NCBI RefSeq assembly: GCF_006345805.1
Contig: NC_043011.1
Coordinates: 63,748,464 to 63,812,463 of the forward strand
Length of the DNA stretch: 64,000 bases
From: Octopus sinensis
Lineage: Eukaryota
Reading direction: 5' to 3'
The stretch's first letter is position 1; each line of letters opens with the position of its first letter. The translations under genes were made by a program, and so were the position numbers. The notes beneath the pieces were generated by a model. It was not told the DNA's origin and made no database searches. It saw only the letters and a program-made list of their open reading frames with translations. Shown here one piece after another: positions 26,527-40,871 of the stretch.

Positions 26527-29500
26527 CTGAAAAATTTAGACATTTTAAAAATATTACGTAACACTGATAGAACGTTCGGTGAAAAAATCTGAACTTTTGA
26601 TATTTTGGAATATTCGATGTACGTGGTTTTGTGCTTGTATAATACATATTTTCTCGTAGAATGCCCTGCATTTCATCCTGGATTGTTACCATATGCATAC
26701 ATTCATTGAATAAATAATCCTTTCTAATGTTGACACAAGGCCTGGACATTTGGGAGAAGGGGGGGACTAGTCGATTACATCACGCCCAGTGCGTAAGCGG
26801 GAAATTATTTCATCGAACCCGAAAGCATAAAAGGCAAGGTCTACCTCGGTGGAATTTGTAATATCCATTGAATAAATAATAACCGCATGCACATGGCGAT
26901 TAATTTGTGGACTTCGTTTCCTCTATCAGCGTACTTCAAATATAAAGTTTCATGTCAAGTTGTTCATTGAAAGTCAAAATATTTAATATTTGAAAGGGCT
27001 TCAACAGAGTGGGGTTTTCCTTTTAAATGGGAAAACGCATTTGACTTCGTATTACTTCCGATAGAAAAAAGAAAAAAAATCTTTGAAAATAAAAATGACA
27101 GAAACACAAAAACATACATTCATACGTACAGATAGGCATTCGTACATATGTACGTACAACGACAACTCAAATAGCATGTTTACATAATACTATCTATCTC
27201 TGACATGGAAAGACCCAAATATGAGCCCCATAAATAACTGGTTAAACTTCAGATAACCATATATCTTCTGGAGGTAACGTCGCATTTAACTAGCCACAAA
27301 GGGATATATAAGGGATATATATCATGGACCTCATGTATTATAACATCGGCGAGCAATGTGTTTCAAGTACTGGTTTTCATATTTTCGTTGGGGTTCTTTT
27401 GATCGACTCGTAATAAGATCCGAGGAATAGTAAAAACTGGAAATATACTCCACCACATACGAAAATCTTAACATTAATGTAGAACCGCTTTTCAAAAAAC
27501 GAAAGGAAGCTGGTTGACGTTTACATCTAGCAACACAAATTTAGGGTATTCCATCACATCCCTTTAGCTACGAATTGCATCACCAAGTGCGGAAGTGCAT
27601 CCCTTGACCAATTTTGCATACATGAAGCTGATGATAGGAAATTCGGAAAGCAGGGCATTAGAAATATTCCATGTCTGCTAACACCAATATATAGCCACAT
27701 GTGTTGCGTGATTCTAAGGCAACATGTCACTAGATGAAATGATGGGAGCACAACAGCAAAATACCATGCATGAATATGTCGTCACAAAAGTTCGATTCGA
27801 CAGCGGCATCGATAATGTGAAGCTATAACCGGATACCTAATATTCATTTGTACATTGGCAGCTTAAGAACAGTTGCGAGGATATCACGCATATCATAATC
27901 ATGTGTACGAAATTACCTTCGTATTATTATCTATGGAGAGTCAGCAGGTTGTAGCCAAGACACTGTAATATGAACGATTAACACCAGACAACTGTGTGGT
28001 AGAGACGATAAACCACAAAAATTGGAAAATGCACTGGGGGCAGGGCTGTGTGCAAACCTCAATCAAACACAAACATAACTCCTGAAGCAATGATTTTGGA
28101 GAGAAAAGAGATTATGTAGATTAATGGAAATCACATGTCCAGATGTCAATATAAAGCTAAAATGCAAGGAAAATGCACATAGATACTGAAATCTCGAGAA
28201 CTGTGCAGGTACTTTACCGGCACTATAGTATTACATGTAGTTATTTTGACATTGGCGTGTGTAACCAAGCGTCACAGCACCTATATTGAGAAACAATATT
28301 TTAGCAGAAATCGTTTATTATCGCATTTTGGGAGAGACTTAGTATGGCGTGAAGATATCAGACGTGATACGAAATGCTGTCTGTATCCTTTTCGTCACAT
28401 GGAACTATTAGTAGCACACAGAAATATATACTATGTTTATTACTCTTACTCTTTTACTCGTTCAGTCATTTGACTGCGGCCATGCTGGAGCACAGCCTTT
28501 AGTCGAGCAAATCAACCCCAGGACTTATTCTTTGTAAGCCTAATACTTATTCAATCGGTGCCTTTTGCCGAACCACTAAGTTACGGGGACGTTAACACAC
28601 CAACATCGGTTGTCAAGCGATGTTGGGGGGACAAACACAGACACACAAACAAATACACACACACACATTTACATATATACGACGGGCTTCTTTCAGTTTC
28701 TGTCTACATAATCCACTCACAAGACACTTACCCAAGGTGACACGCAGTGGGACTGAACCCGGAACCATGTGGTTCGTAAGCAAGCTACTTACCACACAGC
28801 CACTCCTACGCTTCAGTATGACTCACTAAATGTTATGGTGTTGTTGATCTTAGCTTCACGCAACAGCATGCAATTAGCTCTACGTGAATAATTATAAAAC
28901 GTATTTGTGACGTAGCATTGAAGTAGGTTTTAATGAATGCCTCTAATCGTTTACGAGTTCTGTGCTTCGAAGTAAATATTTGATGCGGTGAAGGGATTCC
29001 ATGACTACGTTTTGGATGAGAGGGAAAACAGCCATCATCAGGAGGACAGGCATCAAGCAGGCAGAAACATGGAAAAAGACAATGTACGTGGGATAATGAC
29101 TGCAAGAAACGTACAGAAAACGAGAGAAAATTAAAAGATGTGTATATGCGTTCTTCTGTGCCCGTGTGTATGTGGAATATATATATATATATATATACAA
29201 AAAGTGAGAGAGAGAGAGAGAGAGAGAGAGTGTGTGTGTGTGTTTGTGTGCTTGGGAGGGATGATTAAAAGAAAAACTGAAACAGTACGGTTTTTGATGG
29301 CATATTTATGTGCCAGAGAAACTTTGACGAGCTCAATTGAATTACAGATTCTCTAAGCGTTGACCCCTTTTCCTGGTCTAGATATAACAGTAATGTATCA
29401 TTGTGAACTTGTTAGATATATCACAAATGTGGATTGTGGCAGACAGTCAGGCAATCGTACAGGCAGATAGATAGATAGATAAATGCATAAATAGGTAGAT

Positions 29501-30415
29501 AGGATAGATGGAGAGGAGGAGAGAGAAGTGAAAGACAAAGACGTAGAAATAGATAAAGAGACAAAGAAACAATAAAAGGGAAATTGAGAGTAATAAATGA
29601 ATGAAGCGGATGGATTAATGGGTAATGTCAAAAGAAAGGACTAAAAAGAGAAAGACAGAGAGAGCGAAAGAAAAGAGAGTGAGTGAGTGTGTGAGAGAGA
29701 GGGGAGAGAAAGTGAGAGTCTAAGATGAGAGGAATTTGTGGACAAAGAAAAGGAGGGCGTTAAAGAGACGGAGTGAAAGATATTGCTTTCAAATGTGGCA
29801 CAATGCCGGCAACAGTTGGGGAGATGGTTAAGTCCATTACATGGACTCCAGTACTCAACTGGTATTTGTTTTATCAACGCCAAAATGATGAATGGAATAT
29901 TCGAACTTGATGGAATAGGAATTCAGATTGTAAAAGCAGTCGAAATGCTACTACAAGTTTCGCCCGGCGCGCTAACGGTTCTACCACCTCAGGACCTTAG
30001 AAAGGGCAATCGTAGTAGCTATATAGAAACGGGACGAAGGAATTAAGTAAATGGGAAAGAAGAAACTAAATGAAAATACAGAGGTACAAAGGGAAATGTG
30101 AGAACACGTTAATCATGTAAAAATTTAAAACAGACCTTGTCAATATGAAGAAGGCTTACTTACCTATTTCTTTACTGCTCACAGGGGGCTAAACACAGAG
30201 AGGACAAACAAGGACAAACAAACGGATTACGTCGATTACATCGACCCCAGTGCGTTACTGGTACTTAATTTATCGACCCCGAAAGGATGAAAGGCGAAGT
30301 CGACCTCGGCGGCATTTGAACTCAGAACGTAATGACAGAAGAAATGCCGATACGCATTTCGCCCGGCATGCTAAAGTTTCTGCTTGCTCGCCGCCTTTAT
30401 CTCACAGTTACTTAC

Positions 30416-30455
30416 CAATAACGAAAAGAGCTAAGAAAAGAATGATGGTTTTCAT
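30416..30455 (-). CDS. Paralog P2 exon 1: signal peptide MKTIILFLALFVI(G)
   Basis: ATG AAA ACC ATC ATT CTT TTC TTA GCT CTT TTC GTT ATT G|gtaagt. 40 nt, phase 1; 12/14 aa identical to P3 exon 1. Confidence 0.88.
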
Positions 30456-30513
30456 CTTGATTGAATCCTGTTTAGTGGAAAATATGCTCATGTAAGGATT
30501 TAATACATGCAAG
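30444..30513 (-). promoter_or_regulatory. P2 core promoter/5' UTR block (TATTAAA 30505-30499)
   Basis: 70 bp identical to 44858-44927, whereas surrounding duplicated DNA is clearly diverged. TATTAAA lies 50 nt upstream of the ATG in both copies. Confidence 0.5.
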
Positions 30514-30866
30514 CGCAGCCTAATGATCCTGGCGGCTTTTGTTTCTAAAGCGTTGATTACATTCGCTGTTTGTGACGTAGGAATTTTCCATTGTTATGTA
30601 ATTCAAAATTTATATAGTTTTTCACGGATGTATTTTTTTATTCTTAGTTTATATTTACTTTTTAAACAGTAATTCTATTTTCAATTTAATTATCCCACAA
30701 AAATGTGATTTTATTATTGTTTTTGTTTTTTTTTCATTTGGGGATTCCAAAAGTTACTCGTGAAACTTTGTCGTGCGCCAGTGTGTGCATTTTTATATAC
30801 GGACCCCAACATCTCTGCTTATACATGTAAACAATCGTAGGTGTTATGCATATATACATATATACA

Positions 30867-30931
<65 letters not shown>

Positions 30932-31148
30932 ATGTGTGTGTGTGTGTGTGTGTGTGTTTGTGTGTGAGACTAAATAAATAAAATATTCCAAAACTCTGGC
31001 GACCTCCTCTTTTCTCAGTATTCAATGTCTGTACACCACTTCTAAAACTATATATGTATATAGATTTTTGTTTTGTTTAGAAGAGAACATTGTTCTGTTT
31101 TCCGATTTGGGTTGAGGTTCCACGAAAATGGAGATAAATAAAAACATA

Positions 31149-31162
31149 AATAGATAGATAGG

Positions 31163-31260
<98 letters not shown>

Positions 31261-31300
31261 TATAGATAGATAAATAGAGAGAGAGAGAGAGAGAGATAGA
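31149..31300. repeat. (GATA)n/(GA)n microsatellite
   Basis: Direct reading. Confidence 0.95.
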
Positions 31301-31730
31301 GTTTTACCATTAATTTCTTTAATTACACTGTTATGATTGTCTAGCTACTAGCATAAAACATGAGTTTAAGGATGTTGACCTCTTTTACAATGGGATCTAT
31401 CTATCCATCTATCAATCTTCATTGTCCTAGAACCTCTCAATAAAAAAAATATACAATATTCTCCGCTGATAAACAAAAAAACACACCTGATTTATATAAA
31501 TGAACAAACTGTTCGCACATTCACCAATTTTATTTGACAATTTCGTGCACAAACGAAAGCGGTATTGATAATGAATTAAAAATATACTTTTCCAAAGTTC
31601 TTACGACTTCCTCTTTTCTCATATTTATACATACATACATATACATACACACACACACACACATATATATATTTACGTATACGTTTCTATATGTACGGAG
31701 GCACACGCACGCACTCACGCCCACGTCCAC

Positions 31731-31775
<45 letters not shown>

Positions 31776-31896
31776 CCCCGAAGAATGAAAGCCAATAATG
31801 ACCTCGGAAGAATTTGATTAGATAATCTAACGATAGACGAAATAACTCTAAGCATATCGCCCTGCTACCTAACGATTCTGCCAGCTCGCCTGTCTT

Positions 31897-31911
31897 AATA
31901 ATAATAACAAC

Positions 31912-31967
<56 letters not shown>

Positions 31968-32089
31968 TAATAATAATAATAATAAAGATAATAATAATAA
32001 TGATAATAATAATGATAATAATAATAACAATAATAATAATAATAATAATGATAATAATAATAATGATAATAATAATGATAATAATAATG

Positions 32090-32162
<73 letters not shown>

Positions 32163-32165
32163 TAA
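31897..32165. repeat. (TAA)n microsatellite
   Basis: Direct reading. Confidence 0.95.
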
Positions 32166-32790
32166 TAACAGAATATGTGGAGATGGACAAGAAACAATAA
32201 ATCATATTATCTCTGGCTGCCCAATCCTGGCTAAGAAGGAATATATTCACAGGAACGACAAAGTTGGGACCTATATACACTGGAAGCTATGCCAACATTA
32301 TGGAATAACAACAGAAAAATAATGGTATAGGCAAACACCAGAAAAGGTCACAGAAAACGAGAAAGCAACCATACTCTGGGATATGCCAATACACACAGAT
32401 AGAGAAATTAAGGTCAACAGACCAGATATAGTTGTCAGAGATCATGAAGAAAAAAATGTTTTCCAATTGATGTATCAATACCAGCGGATGACAACGTGTC
32501 TCTAAAAGAAATGGAGAAACTTTCACAATACAAAGACCTGGAAATAGAGGTAACCAGAATGTGGAATCTAAAAACAGAAACAATTCCTATCATAATAGGT
32601 GCATTAGGCATTATAAAAAAATATTCAGACAAATACATAACAAAACAAAACAGGACTTACAAACACATATAACATACAGGAAATTGCACTACTAGGCACT
32701 GCACACATCCTACGCAGAACACATTCCATACAATAACCACCAGGGCATCACACCAAATCACAGCACATACCTAAGCACGATATAAAAAAT
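32165..32790 (+). mobile_element. R4/Dong-type non-LTR 3' fragment (restriction-like endonuclease)
   Basis: NHIISGCPILAKKEYIHRND..., LWDMPIHTDREIKVNRPDIVV, IDVSIP, KYKDL-like QYKDLEIE and IIGALG motifs; flanked by (TAA)n on both sides. Confidence 0.85.
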
Positions 32791-32803
32791 ATACTACTGA
32801 TTC

Positions 32804-32845
<42 letters not shown>

Positions 32846-32846
<1 letters not shown>

Positions 32847-35156
32847 GTGAAGAAACAAATGAACCAAAAAACTATAGACGCATAACCTGCTTAACAACTA
32901 TGTACAAAACTCTAACATCTGTCCTGACGGAATATACCTACAATTTTTTAACAGACAGCAGTATATTCCCTAATGAACAGAAAGGATGTAAACGTGGATC
33001 CTACGGCTGTAAAGGTCGACTACTCATCAATAAGATGATCTTAGAAGATTGTCACAAACGACACAAAAACTTATCAATAGACTGGATAGACTATAAAAAA
33101 GGCTTTTGATAGCCTACCACATAGCTGGATTAGGAAATGCCTGGAAATGTATGAAATAGCACCTACTCTGCGAAACTTCTTGACTGTAAGTATGAGATCA
33201 TGGAGAACCACACTGACTTTGAATAGTGACAAATAATTTCTAAATGCTGGTGATGTAAAAATTTCGTGTGGCATTTTCCAGGGTGACTCACTGTCACCAC
33301 TCCTCTTTTGTTTATCCTTAATACCTCTCTCAAAGCTGCTCAATGACGCGCAGTACGGGTATAAAATATTTGATAAAAATATAAATCATCTCATTTACAT
33401 GGATGATTTAAAGCTTTTTGCAAACAATGACAAATAACTCAAGGGCTTACTAGCGATAGTCAAACAATTCAGTGACGACATCAGAATGCAATTCGGCCTC
33501 GATAAATGTGCAAAGGCTACCTTTATCAAAGGAAAAATGACAGAAACATCTAACGTTAACCTTGACCAGCAGAATGTCATAAAAGAACTAGACCCAGCGG
33601 AGAGCTACAAGTACCTAGGGGTAATTGACGGGAATGGAATAAGGCATTGAGAGATGAAGGAAAGGATCAGTAGAGAATGCTATCGAAGAGTGAGAGCAAT
33701 ACTCAAGACAGAGCTGAATGCGAGAAACAGGATCGAAGCGATCAATGCATTAGCCATACCAGTCGTGACTTACAGTTTCAATATTATTAACTGGTCAATT
33801 ACTGAAATATATCAGCTTGACAGAAAAATAAGGAAACTGTTGACAATGCATAGAATGCACCACCCTAAGGCAGATACAGAACGACTCTATCTGCCAAGAA
33901 AAGAGGTAGGCCGTGGTCTTTTGCAACTGGCAATAACAATGAAGATTGCTACAATTGGCCTAGACACCTACCTGAAAAACTGTGAGGACTGGATGTTAAA
34001 ACTTGTCTCAAAACATGAAAACAAGAAAGCATCATACTCAGTCACAAAAACAGGCAAAGGAATATCTAAGCGAATTCCGAATACAACCAATTTCGGAATT
34101 AGAGATAGACATACAAGAAACAAGCACAGAAAAAGCTAGGCGCATGAAAACCCGTGCCAAAACTGCGGCCTTAGATATTCTGAATAATAAATGGCAGGAA
34201 CAACCTCTCTATGGCAAATACCCAAAGAGAGCGAATAATGCAGATATCGACAAAGCCCTGACCCATCAATGGCTAATGGTCTATGGCTTAAAATCTGAAA
34301 CAGAGGGGTTTATCATAGCAGCTCAAGATCAATGCCTACCAACAAGAAACTACCAGGCCAACATATTAAAGAACGGCAGTAGCCCAACATGTCGTGTATG
34401 CCGACAACAAAATGAAACCATTGACCATGTTGTCTCCAAATGCAGTCTTCTAGCGCCTACAGAATACCTCAGTAGGCATGATAGAGCTGCACAATATATT
34501 CACTGGATAATTTACAAAAACCTGAATTTGCCCCATGAAAAAAAAATGGTGGGAACACAAACCACCTCCTGTGCTTGAAAATGACACATCTCACTCCTCT
34601 GGAACGTCACCATTGAAACTGACAGGAAGATGGATGCAAATAGACCAGACATTATATTGAAAGTCTTCAGACAAAAAACATGCCTCCTCATTGATTTGAC
34701 TGTCCCAATCGATATAAACGTATCTGTCAAGACCTACCAAACACTGAGCAAATATAAAGATTTTGAAATAGAAATCAGCAAAATGTGGAAGCTGAAGACT
34801 AAAACAATACCTGTTGTCATAGGTGCCCTGGGAATGATAGCGAAAGGGACTGATTGCTACCTAACTCAGATACCAGGAAACCCCAAAATGGCAGAAATTC
34901 AAAAGATAGTGCCCATGGTAACTGCTCATATCCTACACAAAATACTCTCTATGTAATCCCAAGGTTTAAAACAAACTTTTTCTTATTTAAAAAAAAAAAA
35001 AAAAATTAATTTTATTTTTATGTATTAGACATTCACTAGTTCAACACCCAAAAAATCCCCAATATATGGCACAGAACTTCCAACCTGTTGTCTCTTGAGG
35101 TCTCTGGGTGAGACTTGGAGCCAACTTGTACAGACATAAAGCAAAAGTCAAACATA
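32846..35156 (+). mobile_element. 5'-truncated R4/Dong-type non-LTR retrotransposon (RT, CCHC knuckle, REL endonuclease), inactivated
   Basis: YRRITCL, WIDYKK, GIFQGDSLSPLLFC, YMDDLKL, CRVC...IDHVVSKC, RPDI and KYKDFEIE motifs with stops and frameshifts; ends in (TAA)n. Confidence 0.92.
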
Positions 35157-35202
<46 letters not shown>

Positions 35203-35409
35203 CCTTTCTACAATTGGCACAAGACCTGAAATTCGTGGAGAGGGGAATTGTCGATCACTTGGACCCAGTGCTCTACTGGTATTTAATTTATCAACCCTGA
35301 AAGGATGTAACACTAACTCGACTTCAGCAGAATTTGAACTCAGAACGTAAAGACAAGCGAAATACCGCTAATCATTCCGCCCGTTGTGCTAGCCCACCGT
35401 CTTCATAAC

Positions 35410-35453
<44 letters not shown>

Positions 35454-38400
35454 GGAGCAAAATCATACTGCCTCACACATGGCCATCCAGCAGCATCCAT
35501 TACCAGCCATGATATAGCCGCAGTCTTCTGGAGTGACTTGTAACCGTCTAAATTGGTCCTAAATTCGTGTTCAAAGGTACATGCAGTAATTTCGGCGGAC
35601 GAAGGCTCTCACAACACCTGCCCAATACCTGTTGCTGGCAATGACTTTGTCCTTCTCTGTTGCGATTAAGTGTGTTAATTCAGTTGATAGCTCTTTACTC
35701 ACTAAAATGTTAGGGAAGCGGACAAGCTAAAATAGGAAACGGTTCACAATGGTTACAATTTAGCAATCAACGTCAGTCGCGGATCAGTAAATGGCTACGT
35801 TCACCTCAGGTATCGTCCTGGAATCAAGCGAGCAGGCACGCAGTTATCAGATCGTGGAGACAAGCATTTGCATCTTGGAGATTTGGACTGATATTTGAAA
35901 TTAATGCTTTTGTTTTACTATGTTGTGATAAATCGTATGCGGTGGAGCGCATAAGTTAGATCCGCTTGATGTAGCTCAAGCGATTCTACGAAGAATTTAA
36001 ACTCTATAATGTCGATATTATTTTAGGCGCATATTTATTTACTAAGAAATATTATCAAATCTGTTCGCCGTTCCACAGTTGACAAAGAGGAACATTGGGA
36101 ATAGCAGAGTCGGAGAGGTTTGCTGCGTCCTGGGACTATTCATTGTCACTAAGTGGAATGGTTCAACGTGTAATAAGGTGCTTGCATGCAACACATCGTG
36201 TTTTGTCTCTGTCTTGACGAGGGCAAGATCAACACTCAAGTCATGAGGTGAAGCAAATTTTACTATTAATAATATACCAGCAGAACAGTAATTAATAGCA
36301 TTGGTGAGTGATGTTCATGGATCTTTGTATCAACATCATATTGCGAAAACTATGTAATATATTGTAATCTATTTCGTCTCCTACGGCATCGGCATCTTAT
36401 AATGATTCTGAGAGTCGCTCCGTTTCTTAGTCCGTCCGTCCACGTGATTACTCGAACGGGAGGGGATGGGAGTGGTTTTGGTGTGTGTGAAATGTGTAAT
36501 TCGTTTGTTTAACGAAGTTCCTTTTCTGCGTTACATAACCCGTCCATAAGGTTTTCACTTGAATAGTTGCAGGGAAAGGCGATGAGCGAAATAAAAAAGA
36601 AAGAGGGAAAGGCGATGAGTGAGAGAGAAAGACGGAGAGAGCAGCCTATTATGTCTAAACATTTGCACATAAATTAATTATCGTATATCAATTTGCTTCA
36701 TTTTTCAATGATTAGCAGATGATGCAGAAACAACAAAGGCTACGCTATCAGGGTTTTGAATAAAGTTTTCAGACAGCCCAATAAGTTTCCTCTTAATTCC
36801 TTGAAACATTCATGGGGACCGCTAGTGAAAACATCATGATACATATAAAATTATTACTAAAGTACTGGTTTCAAATTGTGGCCCAGGGCCAGTAGACCGG
36901 ACTCAGTGCTCATCAGGAATTTATCGTCCATGAAATGATGAACGGGGAAAGTCGACGCGGCAGAATTTGAACACAGAACATAAAGACAGACGAAGTGTCG
37001 GAAAGCCGTTCGCCCGGCGTTCCAACGATTCTGCCAGCTCACCGCCCTAAATTTGTTCTCCATATTATTATGTTATATGCACCGTGATCTGTAGAATTTT
37101 TATTCTGTCACACTATTTATAAGAAGTATCAGAAATAGTCTCTGTGAATTTGGTAATATTTCACGAACGTCTGCTATCGTAACTGACTGTCTATAAAAGA
37201 TGAAATGAATGTTTCGAATTACATTTTGACTAATATTTATTGCAAATGAAATGGTTTCTGTCTGTCTTCTGTAGTCAGCGTACTGAAATAAAGTCTGAGA
37301 CCGCTGGAGCATATAACCTCTTTCCAATTTCTTCGTTTCCATTACGCCACGATATCATTAGTAGTTACCATTTACACGTTTAAAAAGGAAATACGTCTGA
37401 TTCTTAAGAAATATATAGGACAACAATTATATAGACATTTCAGTAGTATGCTTTGATTCATGTTTGTCCTTGGATAGTAACTGTTATTTACCATTTCCTT
37501 GCTTCTAAAATGTATGAAGAATCGCTAACATTTCCTTCCAACTTTGCTTTTCTTACATTTCTTCAAACCCCAAAGTATCCTTCTCAATGCATGGCTATGA
37601 TGCTTCCTCACTGATCCTGCTCCCGATAAAGGACACACATATTGCCAGCCATAAATAGACCTTCTCAAGTGGGTAAGGTCAAGCGACGGGCAAGCAAATC
37701 TGTGGTATTGAGCAGGATATTTGCTTTAACGATATTTCTGCTTCAGCAAATGAAGCGCTGAATTTTTCTGAAATATACAGGAAAATAGGTCCGCTGCAAA
37801 CATTGGTATCCAGGTCACAAAAGCAGAGATTGAAGGGAATAGTAGACATTTCTTTTGATTTCAAGAAAGAAACAAATGGGAAATAACACTTCTTTTATAA
37901 TTTTTTTTTTTTTTTGTTTTAGTCATTTGAGTGTGCCCATACTGGAACAACATTTGAAGAGTTTTTTATAATCGCACAAATCGACACTAGGACATTCTTA
38001 GTCTGGCACTTATTCTATCGGTCACTTAGTCGAGCCGCATAGTTGTAGGGACGTAAACAAACTATCACCAGTTCTCAAGGCGAAATGGGAGACAAGCACA
38101 TATACAAAGACACAAAGAAACATATATGCATGTATACGACGGTTTTCTCTCAGATTCTGTTTACCAAATCCCCTAATAATGAGTTGTTGGCTTGAGGATA
38201 TAGGAGAAACAGTTGCCCAATAAAATTGCTGTTAGGCAGTATTTCTCATTCTATTCTCACATTGCTGCATCCACCAATGCTACCTGACAGAGTAACAGTG
38301 TCTGCCCTTCCCAGCCAAAGTAAGTCGGTGGGATGACGTTCACAATGGATTCAGGTGAGAGCTGGATTCGTTCGACACGTGACAGTAGGTGTTGGACATA

Positions 38401-40074
38401 AACACACTGGTAAGTAATACTTGCGCACTCGACAGAAACGTACAGAACCTTTCGTCTCAGTTTGAGTGCGTCTCGGATAAAGGCACATCCATATCAGTAG
38501 AGTTAATCCTAAACTGGCAATGCCTCTGGTTGCACTGCCAGGCCAGGTATTTTTGGAAATTAGCCACTAGTTTCAGTCCCTAATTCCTCTGGAACAGACT
38601 GACCAGCTCATTCTCATCAACTCCAAGAACATTACGACACCTGCCTGCCACTAACCCCCTGGTAGAATGGAACATCAACTGATCACATTGCCCGACTGAC
38701 AGAGGGTTGTGAGCACTTGACGAAACTCTGCCTCGTTGTACAATAAGTCAAAGTTTCAAGCTGTGGAAAATCCAGTCTGGTAAATGAAGCGCTGGAGATA
38801 CTATAACCTCAGCGCATGTCTACTCATCAACAACCAAGACATGCGCAGCACTCCATCTACCGGTGTTAGCAACAGATGGAACGCCTGACCGGTGGAACGT
38901 TTACCTGCCACAGAAAGCGGAACTAAATGCAGTCTAATTTGGCCAGACGTAAAGTGGGGCTAGGCGTGGAGGTCTGCGACGTAAGCATAAGCCACCTTGA
39001 CTCGACCTTCAAGGAATACTTTTTGCTCTGTAAATATCTGGCCGATATCGGTCACTCTGCTCGTTACTACATCCCAGTACTTACCCAGGAAGGAAAAAGT
39101 TGCTAATCCAATTACACAACGGTAACAAATATTACAATATACAACTTTGTGCAAATAACAATAAACTCACGAGAAAGACGCGCAAGGCGTGGCAGTCGAC
39201 GAACGATAGCAACCACAACCACAGCAACGACATCAATGATAAAAATCCTTTCTACTATAGGCACAAGGTCTGAAATTTTGTGGATGGGGGGCTAGTCGAT
39301 TATACGGAATTCAGTGTTTCTTTGGTACTTCATTTATCGACCCCGAAATAATGAAAGGCAAAGTCGGTCTCAGCCTTATTTGAACGTAGAACATTTTGAC
39401 GGGCGAAACACTGCTAAGCTTTTGGTTCAGTGCTGCAACGATTCTGTCAGCTCACCGCCAAAACATCAATAATGATAATGATAAAATCAAAGATAAGCAA
39501 TTGCATCAAGAAATATTTATTTCTGCATGTATTCAGAATATACTGCATAGAGACAGTCTCTAGACGAATTACTGACTGGAACCTGACCTGTAATGAAAAC
39601 AAAATAATATGTATTGAAGTATTTGAATAAAATATTGATTTTCATATAAGTTATGTTTATTGTATATAATTCAGTAATGTGAGTTTGCGTTTCCTTAAAA
39701 ATCTATCTAACGTAGGTTGTGATCATTTTTTGGTGTTGTTTCAGGATGATTACAGGATCTTAATAAAAATTATATATTGTATCTGCGTACAGAATCAAGA
39801 TAGCTAACTTGCAGGAACACTAGTAAGTCGGAGGCAATTCTTACTGTCATAGAGTCCGGCTCTTTGAAGGTCTCAGTTCGAATCGTGTAGAGCTCATATT
39901 TGCATTTCATGTATTGTGGGTCAATATATAAAGTAGCGGTGTTTATGCAAACAATTTCACCGGTTTCTACAAATTTTCCTATCTTGAACGTGTTACCTCT
40001 GTACTTTATAAGACATGGAGACCAAATAACCGGCCTTCTGAGTCCCAGGAATCGACGTAAAATATGGGCAGTCC

Positions 40075-40079
40075 TTAAA
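40075..40079 (-). CDS. Paralog P3 probable terminal coding exon (Val, TAA), followed by about 410 nt of 3' UTR
   Basis: atgcag|TT TAA, homologous to P2 16594-16598; AATAAA at 39656-39661. Confidence 0.5.
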
Positions 40080-40680
40080 CTGCATACATACACATATACA
40101 CATAAACATGTTTACATACTTGCTTACTATATCTACACTCACGCATAATTGCTTTCGTTTGATAATTGTTTTACATTGATCTGATATTGAATCCTGACAC
40201 GAACATAAATATAACGGTTCGAAAGGTGCTTAAAAAAGATGCCTATCACTTCCAAGGCAGTCGGGTAGAAATACAAGCATTGAAGCTATTAAATAGTTAC
40301 AATTATCCTTACGTCAAATATTTTCTTAGTTGAATTTCTCTTTCTTCACACCAACGCAGATATAATAGATACCATTAATATGATGATGTGAGATTTCATT
40401 ATGCCATGCAGGCTATCGGTCGAATTCCCTATGTTAAGAAAATGAAAATAAAACGATTAAATAGATTTTTATGATGATTACATTCCAAATTCAAAGAATC
40501 TTTTAACTTAATGTGAATTTGATTCACATAGAAATTCTGTTTTTGCATGGTTAAATTCTGATCATTATAGTTAACGGTTACGAAAAAAGCACTGAATTGC
40601 CTATAAATATACTTCATGCTAAATTGCTCAGTCAACGAGAATGTGTATAGCAGCATAAATTACTTGCTGTCGCCATTTGT

Positions 40681-40733
40681 TTATAATAGTCCCTTAAATT
40701 CGCAAAATCCTTCGTTGTCCAAGCATTCTAATG
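40681..40733 (-). CDS. Paralog P3 candidate alternative terminal exon: (A)LECLDNEGFCEFKGLL*
   Basis: Acceptor cgtctccctag|CA in phase 1 would add 17 aa including two more Cys. The homologous site in the P2 copy reads ctccctaa, with no AG. Confidence 0.35.
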
Positions 40734-40871
40734 CTAGGGAGACGTGAAAACACGATCAGACATTATAAAATCTTTGTTGTTCGAAATATAATTCGTTGAT
40801 ATTTGTTTTTTGTTGGGTTTCGTTTATGTTTACAAACAAATGAAATACTAAAATCATTTTAAATAACACAC

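Larger units (their letters stand above)
12300..31000. repeat. Segmental duplication copy A (contains P2)
   Basis: Colinear diverged homology with 35.7-45.5 kb, for example 12510-12860~35720-36050, 13610-13980~37050-37420, 15780-16620~39080-40090, 18000-18200~40800-41000, 26100-28400~42250-44480 and 30400-30700~44810-45100. Boundaries approximate. Confidence 0.85.

Noticed and set aside
30791-30799. TATATAAAA (and TATATAAT at 45168-45175) as distal promoters with a non-coding first exon
   Set aside because: The implied first exons would be about 10 nt or shorter and the region is poorly conserved. The 70 bp identical block next to the ATG is a better promoter candidate.
39770-40093. 107 aa ORF as a long coding exon of P3
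   Set aside because: Its frame needs a phase 2 junction but exon 3 ends in phase 1. The homologous P2 region has indels and stops. Better read as 3' UTR.
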